Shown: one piece after another, positions 6,592-15,969 of the stretch
Numbering within the stretch: position 1 is the first letter of the stretch
Layout of the letters: each line of letters starts with the position of its first letter
The notes under the pieces: generated by a model
Told to the model about the DNA's origin: nothing
Seen by the model: the letters and a program-made list of their open reading frames with translations, nothing else
Databases searched by the model: none
Virus record (IMG/VR): IMGVR_UViG_3300001688_000037
Direction: 5' to 3' (one strand)
Origin: a virus
Length of the DNA: 61,640 bases
Translations under genes and position numbers: made by a program

Positions 6592-8388
6592 TTAGGCTAC
6601 CTGTGTTTGTGGCACATACAGCAAGCGACCGCCGACAGCCCGACCACGACTAGAGGAGGCATCACCCACACCAAGAAACCACGCCCCACAAGCAGAGCCA
6701 CCATCCCACCTACCACCCAACGTAGCAATCAAGAAACCGTTGTAGGTGTAATTCTGCCAGTAGTAATCTCCTACTGGTAAAGCATCGGATCCTGCACTTG
6801 CTGTAGGTAAAAATACCTCTGGGTAATCCTCATTGTAGCCTACTGCACTCCAGTAACCGTTACTGTGGCTAAGCTGTGTACCGTAGTTATCGTAGCCCTC
6901 TGTAGTGTTATCTACCATAGCCTCTCCTGCTCTGTGGAGGTAAGCATCATTTAAGCCCTTAGCTAAGATGTTAATACCATCCAACCAAGTCCAGATATTA
7001 CCCCAGAGGTTTTCCTCTCCTCTGTAGGATACAGAGCACTTACCATCTACACCAGCGTTAGGATCAATACCAGATCCATTACCTAAGCTAGAGGTAGCAC
7101 CTGTATTTACTGCCATGTTAGTAGCACCATCATCTACAAAATCAGCTACACCTCTACCGATCTTTCTCTGGCAATCCATAGAGCCATACTCTACCATGAT
7201 AAGCCATTGAGTAACCGCTAAGGCGTAGATATTATGGCTCTGCCATCCTGCACCTCTGTTATTGCACAAAGCTCTAACATTTGCTCTGGTTAAGTTCTGG
7301 GTTAATCCGCTGGCTGGCTTAGCACCTGCGATACTAGAGAGCATATCTGTAGCAAAATCCGCTACCTGCTCATCTGCCTTAAGGTATGCTGTAGCGGAGC
7401 TATCATAAATAGCACCCTCATAAGCGGAAAGATAGATCTTATCCTGCAAGATACCATTTTCATCCTTAAACGCCTGCGGAGCCTTAAAGCCTACCTTAGG
7501 AGTAGGAGAGATATAATATCTAGCCTTTGTGATTTCCTTACCCTTACCAGAGGTAGCATTTTTCATCTTAACAGGTACGGTTTTCACATAAAAGATAGGC
7601 TGTTCTACCATTACCTGTACCTGTGTACCGATAGGGTATTCTTTTTCTCCAATAGTGATAGCCTGTGTTAGAGCTCCTGTTTCCGTGTACCCTGCATCTC
7701 CACGATAAGCAACTACTACACCCTCATTAGTGATATTACATCTCTTTCTAGCCCACGGAGAGAGGCTATCAAAATCTGCACCAGCGGTAAGATTTTCTGC
7801 TCCTGCCAATCTGGTAAATTTACGGTTAGCATAATCAACCTCTACACCGTAAACATCATCCTCCTCATAGCCTACAAAAGATCTTACATCGTCAATCTGG
7901 CTCTGTAAGTCTACGATCTGGGCTACTGTTGCTGTAGCTGTAGGATCTACCTCTACTGTTACACTGGAGGCATTAGATACCGCTGTTATCAGATCCACCA
8001 TAAGGCTAGATACACCGATACCATTAAACGGAGGCATCCAATCCGCTGTAGCGGTACTCTCATCCGCTACGGAAATACTATAGAGGATTTCTCCATCCTG
8101 CGGATCCGTAGCATATAAGCCAATATTTCTAACATAGTAGCCAGCTTTCAGCGTTTCGTTATTGAAACTAGCACTTACCTTTACATTACTGTTATTCTGC
8201 TTAATAACAGAGGCTACCGCTGTAGATTGCTTAATAGTACCGATCCCTGTTTTAGAGGCAAGATCCCCACTAAGAGTATTTTCCGATACTGCAATTTTTG
8301 TAAAATTCAGTTTGCAAGTACCAGCTACTACCTTAGCTAAAAGAGCCTGCCCTTTAGTTGTGATTACTGCACTCTTAAAAGCACCCAT
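6592..8388 (-). CDS. Tail fibre / receptor-binding protein, DGR target (C-terminal C-type-lectin/FGE-like fold inferred)
   Basis: 598 aa after the baseplate genes. C-terminal WGNIWTWLDG and GGRWDGGSACGAWFLGV features. The last ~50 codons contain the VR. Confidence 0.8.
   Translation of the reverse strand: MGAFKSAVITTKGQALLAKVVAGTCKLNFTKIAVSENTLSGDLASKTGIGTIKQSTAVASVIKQNNSNVKVSASFNNETLKAGYYVRNIGLYATDPQDGEILYSISVADESTATADWMPPFNGIGVSSLMVDLITAVSNASSVTVEVDPTATATVAQIVDLQSQIDDVRSFVGYEEDDVYGVEVDYANRKFTRLAGAENLTAGADFDSLSPWARKRCNITNEGVVVAYRGDAGYTETGALTQAITIGEKEYPIGTQVQVMVEQPIFYVKTVPVKMKNATSGKGKEITKARYYISPTPKVGFKAPQAFKDENGILQDKIYLSAYEGAIYDSSATAYLKADEQVADFATDMLSSIAGAKPASGLTQNLTRANVRALCNNRGAGWQSHNIYALAVTQWLIMVEYGSMDCQRKIGRGVADFVDDGATNMAVNTGATSSLGNGSGIDPNAGVDGKCSVSYRGEENLWGNIWTWLDGINILAKGLNDAYLHRAGEAMVDNTTEGYDNYGTQLSHSNGYWSAVGYNEDYPEVFLPTASAGSDALPVGDYYWQNYTYNGFLIATLGGRWDGGSACGAWFLGVGDASSSRGRAVGGRLLYVPQTQVA
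6612..6737 (-). repeat. DGR variable repeat (VR) inside the tail-fibre 3' end
   Basis: Differs from the TR at 31 positions, all at TR adenines (27 A>G, 3 A>C, 1 A>T on the coding strand). No mismatch at C, G or T. Confidence 0.9.
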
Positions 8389-8407
8389 TTTTAATACACT
8401 CCTTTTC

Positions 8408-9196
8408 TTAATTTATTGTAATTACTGTAGCTGTGCTTACAGGGTTAGCTACAGTAGGATTACCTGCTCCTGTGGCTACTGTAGCTATATCATTAGTGAT
8501 AAGCTGTGTACTAGCCACACCTGCTCCTACCGCATTATAGAGAGTACCATTTACAGTATCCTCCAGCTCTACATCATGTGTAACTACATGAGCGGTAGCT
8601 ATAGAGCTTACTACAGCCTTATTAAGGGCTGTTTCCTTATTTATCTTTGCGGATATATCGTTAGTGATTAGATAGCTCATGGCTGTACAGGTTACTACTC
8701 CTACACCTAGAGGAGTACTCTTGTTAGCCTCTATCACATTCTTTAGATCCAGCACCAGATTACACGGTAGCATCTCCTGTAAGAGGCTGGTAACTGTATC
8801 AAAGCTACCAGCTACTCCTAAATGAGTGATAATCTCTAAGGCGTATTCCTCATAGTGCTCAATAATGCTAAATTTATCAGCACTACCGTACAGAGAGAAA
8901 AGCCTGTTATAGAGCTCCTTATCCGTGTAAGGTACCTTATCATTCCATTTAACCAGCACATTAAACCGCCTTGTTTCTAAGGTAGCTCCTGCCTCTGGAT
9001 AAATACCCATCATATCCTCAAAACGCTTAATACCGTACTCATCCGCTGTTTCTATAAACATATTATTAAGAGTACGATCTATAGCCTCTAGGAGGTATCT
9101 AAGCTCTGGCTCCTCCGCCTTTGCTATCTCCTTAAACTCTTTGAGCTGTCTTAGGATCGGCATCCAATAACTAAGCAAATCAATTTCTTTAGCCAT
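8408..9196 (-). CDS. Baseplate/tail protein, XkdU-like
   Basis: 262 aa. N-terminal LLSYWMPILRQL...IETADEYGIKRFEDMMGI pattern. Sits between the baseplate-J-like gene and the fibre. Confidence 0.5.
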   Translation of the reverse strand: MAKEIDLLSYWMPILRQLKEFKEIAKAEEPELRYLLEAIDRTLNNMFIETADEYGIKRFEDMMGIYPEAGATLETRRFNVLVKWNDKVPYTDKELYNRLFSLYGSADKFSIIEHYEEYALEIITHLGVAGSFDTVTSLLQEMLPCNLVLDLKNVIEANKSTPLGVGVVTCTAMSYLITNDISAKINKETALNKAVVSSIATAHVVTHDVELEDTVNGTLYNAVGAGVASTQLITNDIATVATGAGNPTVANPVSTATVITIN

Positions 9197-10259
9197 TCTC
9201 TACACCTCCCAGTACAGGGAGCTCCTCTATAGCTAAGGCTAAATTACTTTCTGCTCCGTTAATTTTGGTATCTGCCACATCCAGCACTCCCTCCAGATTA
9301 AGTAAGCGGTTTTCGATCTGGGATACACGCACTACCAGAGTACCCTCCGCTTTCTCCCAGTTCTTTCTAAGCTCCAGCATATAAGCCTCAATAGCCTCCA
9401 ATGCCTTAATCTCTATCTGGCTCCATGTGTATCCCTCATTAAGAGTAAATCTACAGGATACGCTTACAACCTTTTCCACAGCGGATACTACGGTTACTGT
9501 ATGCCCTATAGGAGCTATACCGCTACCTGTACCCTGTGGATTAGGATCTATCTGCTCCTGTACTGATGCTACTAAGGTACCTGTGGCTACATTGTACTCA
9601 CTATCAATAATGATTAGTTTAACTGTGCCTCCTCCCTTCCATACAGGGATTACTACAGTACCTCCTACACCATCCAGAGCATTAGTTTTATCTCTGTAAT
9701 CCTGCTTATTACCTCCAAAAGGGTTACTATCAAAGGAGTTAAGGTATCTGGCTCTTAAAGCCTCTGTATCCTCCTCATCCTCTGCTGGGATTAACAGCTC
9801 TACCAGCTCCCCAGTAAGATCCTTATCAATGTACTCAATGGAGCTAAGCTCTCCAAAGTACTTATTACCCTGTGTACCTGTGCTCTCACACTCCATCTGG
9901 TAATAGAAAAAGCCATCCGCACTATCAATAAATGCGATGGCTTTATAATTTAGCTCATCTAAGCTAAATCTGGATCCTATAGGGATCTCCATATTAAATT
10001 TTCCTTTGAGCACCGCACAGGTAGCATCATAAGGGATAATACCACGCTCCTTACAGCGTTTTACTAAGTAATCCCTCATAGCTGTATCTGCATACCCATC
10101 TCTAATAATGCCATCCAGTAGGATATAGATATTAGCGTGTTCTGCGGATACAGGGGATACAGCGTTCATTACTACAGAGCCCTCTCTCTTATCCACATCG
10201 GTAGCTACTCTTGCCAGAGATCTATCCAATATTTTCTCATAAGTTTGATCCTCATACAT
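9189..10259 (-). CDS. Baseplate J-like protein (XkdT-like)
   Basis: 356 aa. N-terminal YEKILDRSLARVATDVDKREGSVVMNAVSPVSAEHANIY pattern typical of the baseplate J/gp47 family. Conserved gene order. Confidence 0.65.
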   Translation of the reverse strand: MYEDQTYEKILDRSLARVATDVDKREGSVVMNAVSPVSAEHANIYILLDGIIRDGYADTAMRDYLVKRCKERGIIPYDATCAVLKGKFNMEIPIGSRFSLDELNYKAIAFIDSADGFFYYQMECESTGTQGNKYFGELSSIEYIDKDLTGELVELLIPAEDEEDTEALRARYLNSFDSNPFGGNKQDYRDKTNALDGVGGTVVIPVWKGGGTVKLIIIDSEYNVATGTLVASVQEQIDPNPQGTGSGIAPIGHTVTVVSAVEKVVSVSCRFTLNEGYTWSQIEIKALEAIEAYMLELRKNWEKAEGTLVVRVSQIENRLLNLEGVLDVADTKINGAESNLALAIEELPVLGGVENG

Positions 10260-10668
10260 CTAATTCCACCTCCTTACTGCCTACATCGGTTATCATTCTA
10301 AACTTGATATACAGCTTATCTTTTATCTGTGATACCTCCAGCTCCTCTACGCCTGTAATGTGCTCATTTTCGTATAAGCACTCCTCTATATAACGCTTTA
10401 CCTCACTATGGAGGTACTCATCACTATAAGAGTATCCTATGAGGTTAGTGTACTCCTCCCCATAGTACCAGCTATAGATTACCCAGCGGTATCTTTTAGC
10501 TTTAAGAGCTAAGTAAGCCCATACACAAAGGGCATCCACGCCCTCTACAATCCTGCCAGTTAGCTTACCGCTCCTAAAGTCTATCTCATACTCACGGATG
10601 GAGGAGGCTGTTACCTCTGTAGATGATAAAGTTACCTCCCTCTCCGTAGCAAAAGGAAATAAACTCAT
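10252..10668 (-). CDS. Baseplate protein, XkdS-like
   Basis: 138 aa. Overlaps both neighbours. Position matches the PBSX-like tail module. Confidence 0.45.
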   Translation of the reverse strand: MSLFPFATEREVTLSSTEVTASSIREYEIDFRSGKLTGRIVEGVDALCVWAYLALKAKRYRWVIYSWYYGEEYTNLIGYSYSDEYLHSEVKRYIEECLYENEHITGVEELEVSQIKDKLYIKFRMITDVGSKEVELDV

Positions 10669-11093
10669 TACGCCTGCACCACCCTTGCTAAGATTACATA
10701 CATATTATTGTTATTGAGTTTCTGCACCGCCACCAGATCTCCCTTTTTTAGCCCATCGGTATAGGTTATCTTAGTTTGTCTGGTAGTTTTTGTATCTGGA
10801 TCATGGTAAGTACCCTCACTATCCACCGTACCAAACGGATCCTCTTGTGTGGTATCTACTGTTACTCCAGATACATACGGTACCTTAAGTGTGCGTGTAT
10901 AGCCAGATACTAAATAATCCGCTATGTAGAGATCCTCTGCATTGAGCACCAGATCATCTATTTTCACGCTAGTAGCACTTTGCATAACGCCTATCTGGAG
11001 GGTAACTGGGTTATCTTTACCGCCCTGCTCCCTCATAATGTTAAGCATTTCTGCGTAGTATTGATCGTTTTTCATACCGCCTACATCACTCAT
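10668..11093 (-). CDS. Baseplate/tail spike-associated protein, XkdR-like
   Basis: 141 aa. Translationally coupled to both neighbours. Module position. Confidence 0.4.
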   Translation of the reverse strand: MSDVGGMKNDQYYAEMLNIMREQGGKDNPVTLQIGVMQSATSVKIDDLVLNAEDLYIADYLVSGYTRTLKVPYVSGVTVDTTQEDPFGTVDSEGTYHDPDTKTTRQTKITYTDGLKKGDLVAVQKLNNNNMYVILARVVQA

Positions 11094-12292
11094 AGCTGTA
11101 CCTCCTTGTTATTCTTATCAACAATTTTCCATCCCTGCCCTGTACCGCCATTTGCCATGTAGTAACCGTAAGCCTCATTCCATGTAGAAATATTAGCCTT
11201 TACCACATTCCAGTACTTGTTAAGGATTGCAAACGGAGGATTACTCTTAGATCCGTAGGTACTTGTAACTGTGGTAGTATTGCTACTTCCAGAGCTACTA
11301 GATCCGCTCTCTATAGAGCTCTCTGTGTTACTGGCTTTCTTTGTATCCATCATTTGCTTAAGGGTAACTGTTAAGCTCATAGTGGCTACTCCGTTCTGCC
11401 ATGTATGGGTATCTGCATCTATCCACACAACACCGCTAAGCCCTGTGGAGCTATCCGATACTACCGCTCCAGCCCCAGTAACAGCTCCATTAAAGTTTAC
11501 ACACTCCAGCGTAAAGGTTTTTTCCACGCCCACAAACATACTCTTAGCTGTGGTAGTAGGATCCTTACCCTCCTCTTTAGTGTAAACCTGCTGGAAAATA
11601 CCGTAGGCTTTCACATCTGCATCATTTTGTACTACTCCTGTTTGGTTTCCCTCCCCATCATAGATCCGCACTTTATTAACCATGTTATTAAGTGTTTCCC
11701 TGTAATTTGAGGAGGTAATATTACTATCCTCTGTGAGTTCGATCTCACAAACTACATTACCCATCTCCTCTACATTGAGGTATCCCTTTTTTGCGGTTAC
11801 ACGGTAGCTTACTCCGTTCTGCTGGTATGCCTGTGTGTATGCCTGCATGATGATCTCATAAATACTCACATTTTGTACTATGAGTTTCTGGTTTAATCCT
11901 GTGCTGGCTAAGTTCCCTACTGGGATCTCCATATCATCACATACCATCTGGGTAATGCCCTCTGCTGTTTTACCGCTAAAATTGTAAGTAGCCTTACTTT
12001 TGAGGGTATAATATAACAGATCGTAAGCTGTATAGGTTACCGTACCAGTAACACTACTAGCCTCACGATCTGTTACAAAACCTCTAAAGAGCTCCGTTAC
12101 ACCATCATCCTCAAAGAGGTAAATGGGATCTGCTAATCCTATATTAAGAGGAGTAATATTTTTATCCAGAGGAGCGTTTACTACTTTGAGCTCCAGCTTT
12201 CTAGCTACCTCCGATTTAGAGCCTCCCCAGCTCATAGAGGCTACATACTCTGTAATATCCTGCTCTCCATGTACAACTATCACTCTCTCCAC
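11090..12292 (-). CDS. Baseplate hub / late-control-D-like protein (XkdQ-like)
   Basis: 400 aa. Position after the LysM protein and tape measure. Ser-rich linker before the C-terminal domain. Confidence 0.5.
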   Translation of the reverse strand: MERVIVVHGEQDITEYVASMSWGGSKSEVARKLELKVVNAPLDKNITPLNIGLADPIYLFEDDGVTELFRGFVTDREASSVTGTVTYTAYDLLYYTLKSKATYNFSGKTAEGITQMVCDDMEIPVGNLASTGLNQKLIVQNVSIYEIIMQAYTQAYQQNGVSYRVTAKKGYLNVEEMGNVVCEIELTEDSNITSSNYRETLNNMVNKVRIYDGEGNQTGVVQNDADVKAYGIFQQVYTKEEGKDPTTTAKSMFVGVEKTFTLECVNFNGAVTGAGAVVSDSSTGLSGVVWIDADTHTWQNGVATMSLTVTLKQMMDTKKASNTESSIESGSSSSGSSNTTTVTSTYGSKSNPPFAILNKYWNVVKANISTWNEAYGYYMANGGTGQGWKIVDKNNKEVQL

Positions 12293-12297
12293 CTCCT

Positions 12298-12927
12298 TTA
12301 AGGGATCGTTAATACCTGCCCTGCATAAATTAGGTTAGGGTTTTTAATCTTATCCGCATTAGCACTAGCTATTTTTGGATATTCTGCTCCATTACCGTAA
12401 AACTGCTTAGCAATTTTCCATAAGCAATCTCCGCTCTTAACTGTGTAAGTCCTGCCAGCATTTGTAGTAGGAGCCTGTACCGCTCTAACAGAGGGTTTTA
12501 CTGTAGCTATGGTTACTGTAGCTTTTCTGGTTTTTATCTTCTTATACTCCTTAAGAGCCATCGTGTAATAAATATCTCCAGTAGCATCTCTTTCTCCATA
12601 ACTAAAGCTCTCAATACTGCACTCCATGTTAAGTACCCCAGTAATGATAACCCTAATAGGCTCTCCAGATTTCCTCCACGCCTCGATCTTCTCTACATAG
12701 GCTAAGGGCTCTTTTCTGCCAGAATTATTACTAAAATTATAATCCTTAGCTGGAAAGAAAGAGCTAAGGGAAATCTCCCTTAGCCCTGTTTTACCCATGA
12801 GGTTTACATCTCCTATCTGGATTACATTAACTACTGTATTCCTGCTCATTACCGTAACAGTAAACTCACTAGGCTTTACTGGGAGCTGGAGCTTACTATC
12901 ATTCTCTTTTTGTATCCAAAATTCCAT
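12298..12927 (-). CDS. LysM-domain tail protein (XkdP-like)
   Basis: C-terminal LysM: YTVKSGDCLWKIAKQFYGNGAEYPKIASANADKIKNPNLIYAGQVLTIP. Directly after the tape measure. Confidence 0.65.
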   Translation of the reverse strand: MEFWIQKENDSKLQLPVKPSEFTVTVMSRNTVVNVIQIGDVNLMGKTGLREISLSSFFPAKDYNFSNNSGRKEPLAYVEKIEAWRKSGEPIRVIITGVLNMECSIESFSYGERDATGDIYYTMALKEYKKIKTRKATVTIATVKPSVRAVQAPTTNAGRTYTVKSGDCLWKIAKQFYGNGAEYPKIASANADKIKNPNLIYAGQVLTIP

Positions 12928-12953
12928 AGTAAAGTATCCTCCTCTCCCAGTAC

Positions 12954-15740
12954 CTAAGGCATATTAGGTACCAACTTACGGAATTTAGTAATCATATCCT
13001 CTACTACCTTATCTACATCTGCCTCTTTCTCGATCACTACTGTATCTGCCAGCTTTTCAATGTTTACGGTAGTACCAGCTTTCTTAATTTCCTGTGTTTC
13101 TTGTGTTTCTCCTGTGCCTCCTGTAGGCGTTCCACCTGTACCCTCATCTCTAGGCACCTCCTGTACCGCCTTAGTAAGCTGTACTCCTCTAGTGCTCATC
13201 TGCCTATCATACTGATCGGCTTGATTTCTGGTAAGTACTTTCTCGCCTTGATGGAGTACTGCTGGGTAGTTATCATAAGGTACTCGATCTTTACCGTAAG
13301 CAAAACCAAACCAGCCAGCTACAGTATCAATACCATCTCCGATAAAATCGGCTACTCCGCTAATCGCATCTCCTACTAGGCTTAAGCCATCGGCTATAGC
13401 ACCAAATACAGGCTCCAGCACATTCCATACCGCCTCAATGGTAGCTTGAATTGCTGGGAAAACTGCCTCCACAACTCCCCAGAGTAAGTTAAAGATTGAC
13501 ATAGCCAGATCCAGTATAGGAGAAATAATATCCCATGCTGTACTAAATACCGTAGCTATGATCTCAATAGCACTCTGGATAATAGGGCTCACGGTTTCAA
13601 ATACCTGTTGTAACACTCCCATTACAGGAGTAACTACTGTATTGATAACCTCCGCTATCTTAGAGCCCACCTCTGTAAAGATCTGGGATACGATAGGGAA
13701 AACTGATTGAATGATACCAGTTACCATACTGATAACATTAGATACAATCGGTAGAGCCTGCTGGATCGCACCAGCTAACGCCTGCACAATCGGCATAACA
13801 GCGTTAATTACCATCGTGATTACATTACTCACAATAGGGAATACCTGTTGTACAATTCCTGCAAAAGTCTGTATTATCTGTGTAACTACTGGGATAATTG
13901 TCTGTATAACATTTCCTAAACTCTGCAAAATAGGGAGTACTGCTGGGATTACCGCATCTACTACGCCTAAAATGCTAGGGAATACTGCCATAAACATATT
14001 ACCCAAACTAGATAACACAGGAGCTAAAGAGGCTACCACATCGGATACCCCTACTAAGAGGTTTCCTATCGTAGGCATAGCCATAGATATAGCATCTGCA
14101 AAACCTTGTATAATACCTCCGCCATCTCCAAACGCTCCGCCTAAGCTCTCCGCTATCTTAGGAGCTACAGAGGATAGCATACCAGTAACACTATTAAATA
14201 CCTGCCCCAAAGCTCCAAAAATGTTATTTGCCAGCCCTCCCATAGAGGATGGTAACATGGCTATAATTCCATCTTTGATACTCTGGATAATAGTACCTCC
14301 GTTTTCTTTCATCTGCGGAGCTACCTTTTCAATGGCTACCTTAATAGCCTTAGGTAATGCACTAAATACATTTCCCAGCATAGGGATAGCATTACCTACT
14401 AAGAATGTAATAGCGGTATCCACCAACTGCTCCACGGATCCTGTAATATCTCCGCCCAGAGCCAGATTAGCAAAGAGATTTTTAGCACTAGCTTTCATGG
14501 CATTAAATGATCCTGTAAAGGTTTCACTTGCCTCCAGAGCTGTAGTGCCTGTAATTCCTAAGTTATCCTGTATTACATGGATTGCACTATATACATCCGC
14601 TAAGTTACTCATATCATACTGTACACCAGAGAGCTTAGTAGCATCCTTTAAGAGCCTCTGCATCTCCTCCTGTGTACCGCCATAACCCAGCTTAAGGTTA
14701 TCCAGCATAGTATAATTTTGCTTAGCAAAGCCTTGATAAGCATTTTGGATAAGATCCATGCTGGTACCCATCTTATTAGCGTTATCCGCCATATCAATAA
14801 TAGCTTGATCGGCTATCTGTGCGGATTTAGCTGTATCTCCACCTAAGCTACTAAGCAAACTAGCGGAGAAACTTGTTACCTGCTCCAGATACTCATTAGC
14901 GGATAATCCAGCGGTTTCATACGCTTTCTTAGCGTTCTCAATTACTACGCCTGCATCTCCCTTATAGAGAGTTTCCGCACCGCCTAAGCTCTGCTGGAGG
15001 CTGGCACCCTCACTAAGAGAGTTACCTGCTATAAGGCTGGCTCCTGCACCTGCGATACCTACCGCTATGGTTACGCCCTTTGCAAGCGTACCTAACATAC
15101 TCTTGATACCACTAAGAGCACTTGTAGCTCCGTCTTTGATAGCTACCGTAGCCCTAGCTACTGTAGATCCTATCCCTTTGAGCGTTTGCTTAATGCCTCC
15201 CAGCACTTTACTAGCCATATCCTTTAGCTTAACTACTGGAGCAAATACCTTTTTAGTTAGCCCCCCTAAGGTATTTTTGATCTTTGTTAAAAGTTTAGAT
15301 GAGAGATCTTTCACTTTTACAACTGGAGCAAATACCCTAGCGGATATAGCCTTTAGTTTTTTAGTGAGGTTATTTATGGAGGCTGTAGCTTGATCCTTTA
15401 ATCTAATCACAGGATTTACTATGGTTTTCTTAACCGCCTTTAGCTTTTCTGCAATAAGATCCAGTTTCTTTGTAGGTCTACCGTCTATCTCGATCTCTGG
15501 TGTAGCCACCATAGCTCCTACTGTAGCTACTGTGTTTCTTACATTCTGGATAATACTAGAGGCTCTATCATTAGCGGTAATCGTAGGGTTAGCTCTCTGG
15601 CTACCCAGCCCTCTAATACTGGAGCTCGTTCTATCCACCTGTTCGGAAAACTGCCTCTGTAGCTTAAGGTTTTTCTGCAAAGTAGCATACATATTATCCT
15701 TTAAGCTCAATCTTGCACCAAACTCTATCAAAGTACCCAC
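12954..15740 (-). CDS. Tail tape measure protein
   Basis: 928 aa, the largest ORF. Follows the chaperone pair. Long Ala/Gly/Ile/Val-rich helical repeats. Confidence 0.8.
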   Translation of the reverse strand: MGTLIEFGARLSLKDNMYATLQKNLKLQRQFSEQVDRTSSSIRGLGSQRANPTITANDRASSIIQNVRNTVATVGAMVATPEIEIDGRPTKKLDLIAEKLKAVKKTIVNPVIRLKDQATASINNLTKKLKAISARVFAPVVKVKDLSSKLLTKIKNTLGGLTKKVFAPVVKLKDMASKVLGGIKQTLKGIGSTVARATVAIKDGATSALSGIKSMLGTLAKGVTIAVGIAGAGASLIAGNSLSEGASLQQSLGGAETLYKGDAGVVIENAKKAYETAGLSANEYLEQVTSFSASLLSSLGGDTAKSAQIADQAIIDMADNANKMGTSMDLIQNAYQGFAKQNYTMLDNLKLGYGGTQEEMQRLLKDATKLSGVQYDMSNLADVYSAIHVIQDNLGITGTTALEASETFTGSFNAMKASAKNLFANLALGGDITGSVEQLVDTAITFLVGNAIPMLGNVFSALPKAIKVAIEKVAPQMKENGGTIIQSIKDGIIAMLPSSMGGLANNIFGALGQVFNSVTGMLSSVAPKIAESLGGAFGDGGGIIQGFADAISMAMPTIGNLLVGVSDVVASLAPVLSSLGNMFMAVFPSILGVVDAVIPAVLPILQSLGNVIQTIIPVVTQIIQTFAGIVQQVFPIVSNVITMVINAVMPIVQALAGAIQQALPIVSNVISMVTGIIQSVFPIVSQIFTEVGSKIAEVINTVVTPVMGVLQQVFETVSPIIQSAIEIIATVFSTAWDIISPILDLAMSIFNLLWGVVEAVFPAIQATIEAVWNVLEPVFGAIADGLSLVGDAISGVADFIGDGIDTVAGWFGFAYGKDRVPYDNYPAVLHQGEKVLTRNQADQYDRQMSTRGVQLTKAVQEVPRDEGTGGTPTGGTGETQETQEIKKAGTTVNIEKLADTVVIEKEADVDKVVEDMITKFRKLVPNMP

Positions 15741-15762
15741 CTCCTTTACTTAATTCTATTTT

Positions 15763-15969
15763 CTACTGGAATAACCACAGAGGGCATACCGCCTTACCCT
15801 GTGATTGCTTAACAAGCTCATTTCGTTCCTCCACTTCTTTCTCATAAAAAGCCTGTACTACCGTGAGCTCTCCTCTAGGCATAGAGTAAAAAACGGATGG
15901 GCGTATACCCTTATGTTTCCAGTAGTAGTACATCATCTGGGTTAGCCCATCCGTTTCTATTAGTTTTTT
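15763..15969 (-). CDS. Tail assembly chaperone -1 frame extension (G-T-like fusion with 15960..16445). Also holds a possible independent 57-aa ORF from ATG 15936
   Basis: The -1 frame after the slippery site reads LIETDGLTQMMYYYWKHKGIRPSVFYSMPRGELTVVQAFYEKEVEERNELVKQSQGKAVCPLWLFQ with no stop until 15763. Confidence 0.6.
   Translation of the reverse strand, partial: KKLIETDGLTQMMYYYWKHKGIRPSVFYSMPRGELTVVQAFYEKEVEERNELVKQSQGKAVCPLWLFQ
15891..15956 (-). promoter_or_regulatory. Frameshift-stimulating hairpin candidate
   Basis: 12-bp arms AAACGGATGGGC / GCCCATCCGTTT (rc of 15945-15956 and 15891-15902), 42-nt loop. Starts 6 nt after the slippery heptamer. Confidence 0.45.

Noticed and set aside
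6586-6780. 64-aa plus-strand ORF overlapping the DGR variable repeat
   Set aside because: It is antisense to the tail-fibre 3' end. Its Thr/Pro-rich translation is a by-product of the C-rich VR sequence, and it has no RBS.
13711-14685. 324-aa plus-strand ORF antisense to the tape measure gene. Similar long plus-strand ORFs occur at 15067-15753, 15897-16469, 20510-21070, 21142-21813 and elsewhere.
   Set aside because: All are mirror images of confident minus-strand genes. They have low-complexity, hydrophobic or Ser/Cys-rich translations, no RBS and no recognisable motifs. They arise because the minus-strand codon usage rarely produces reverse-complement stops.
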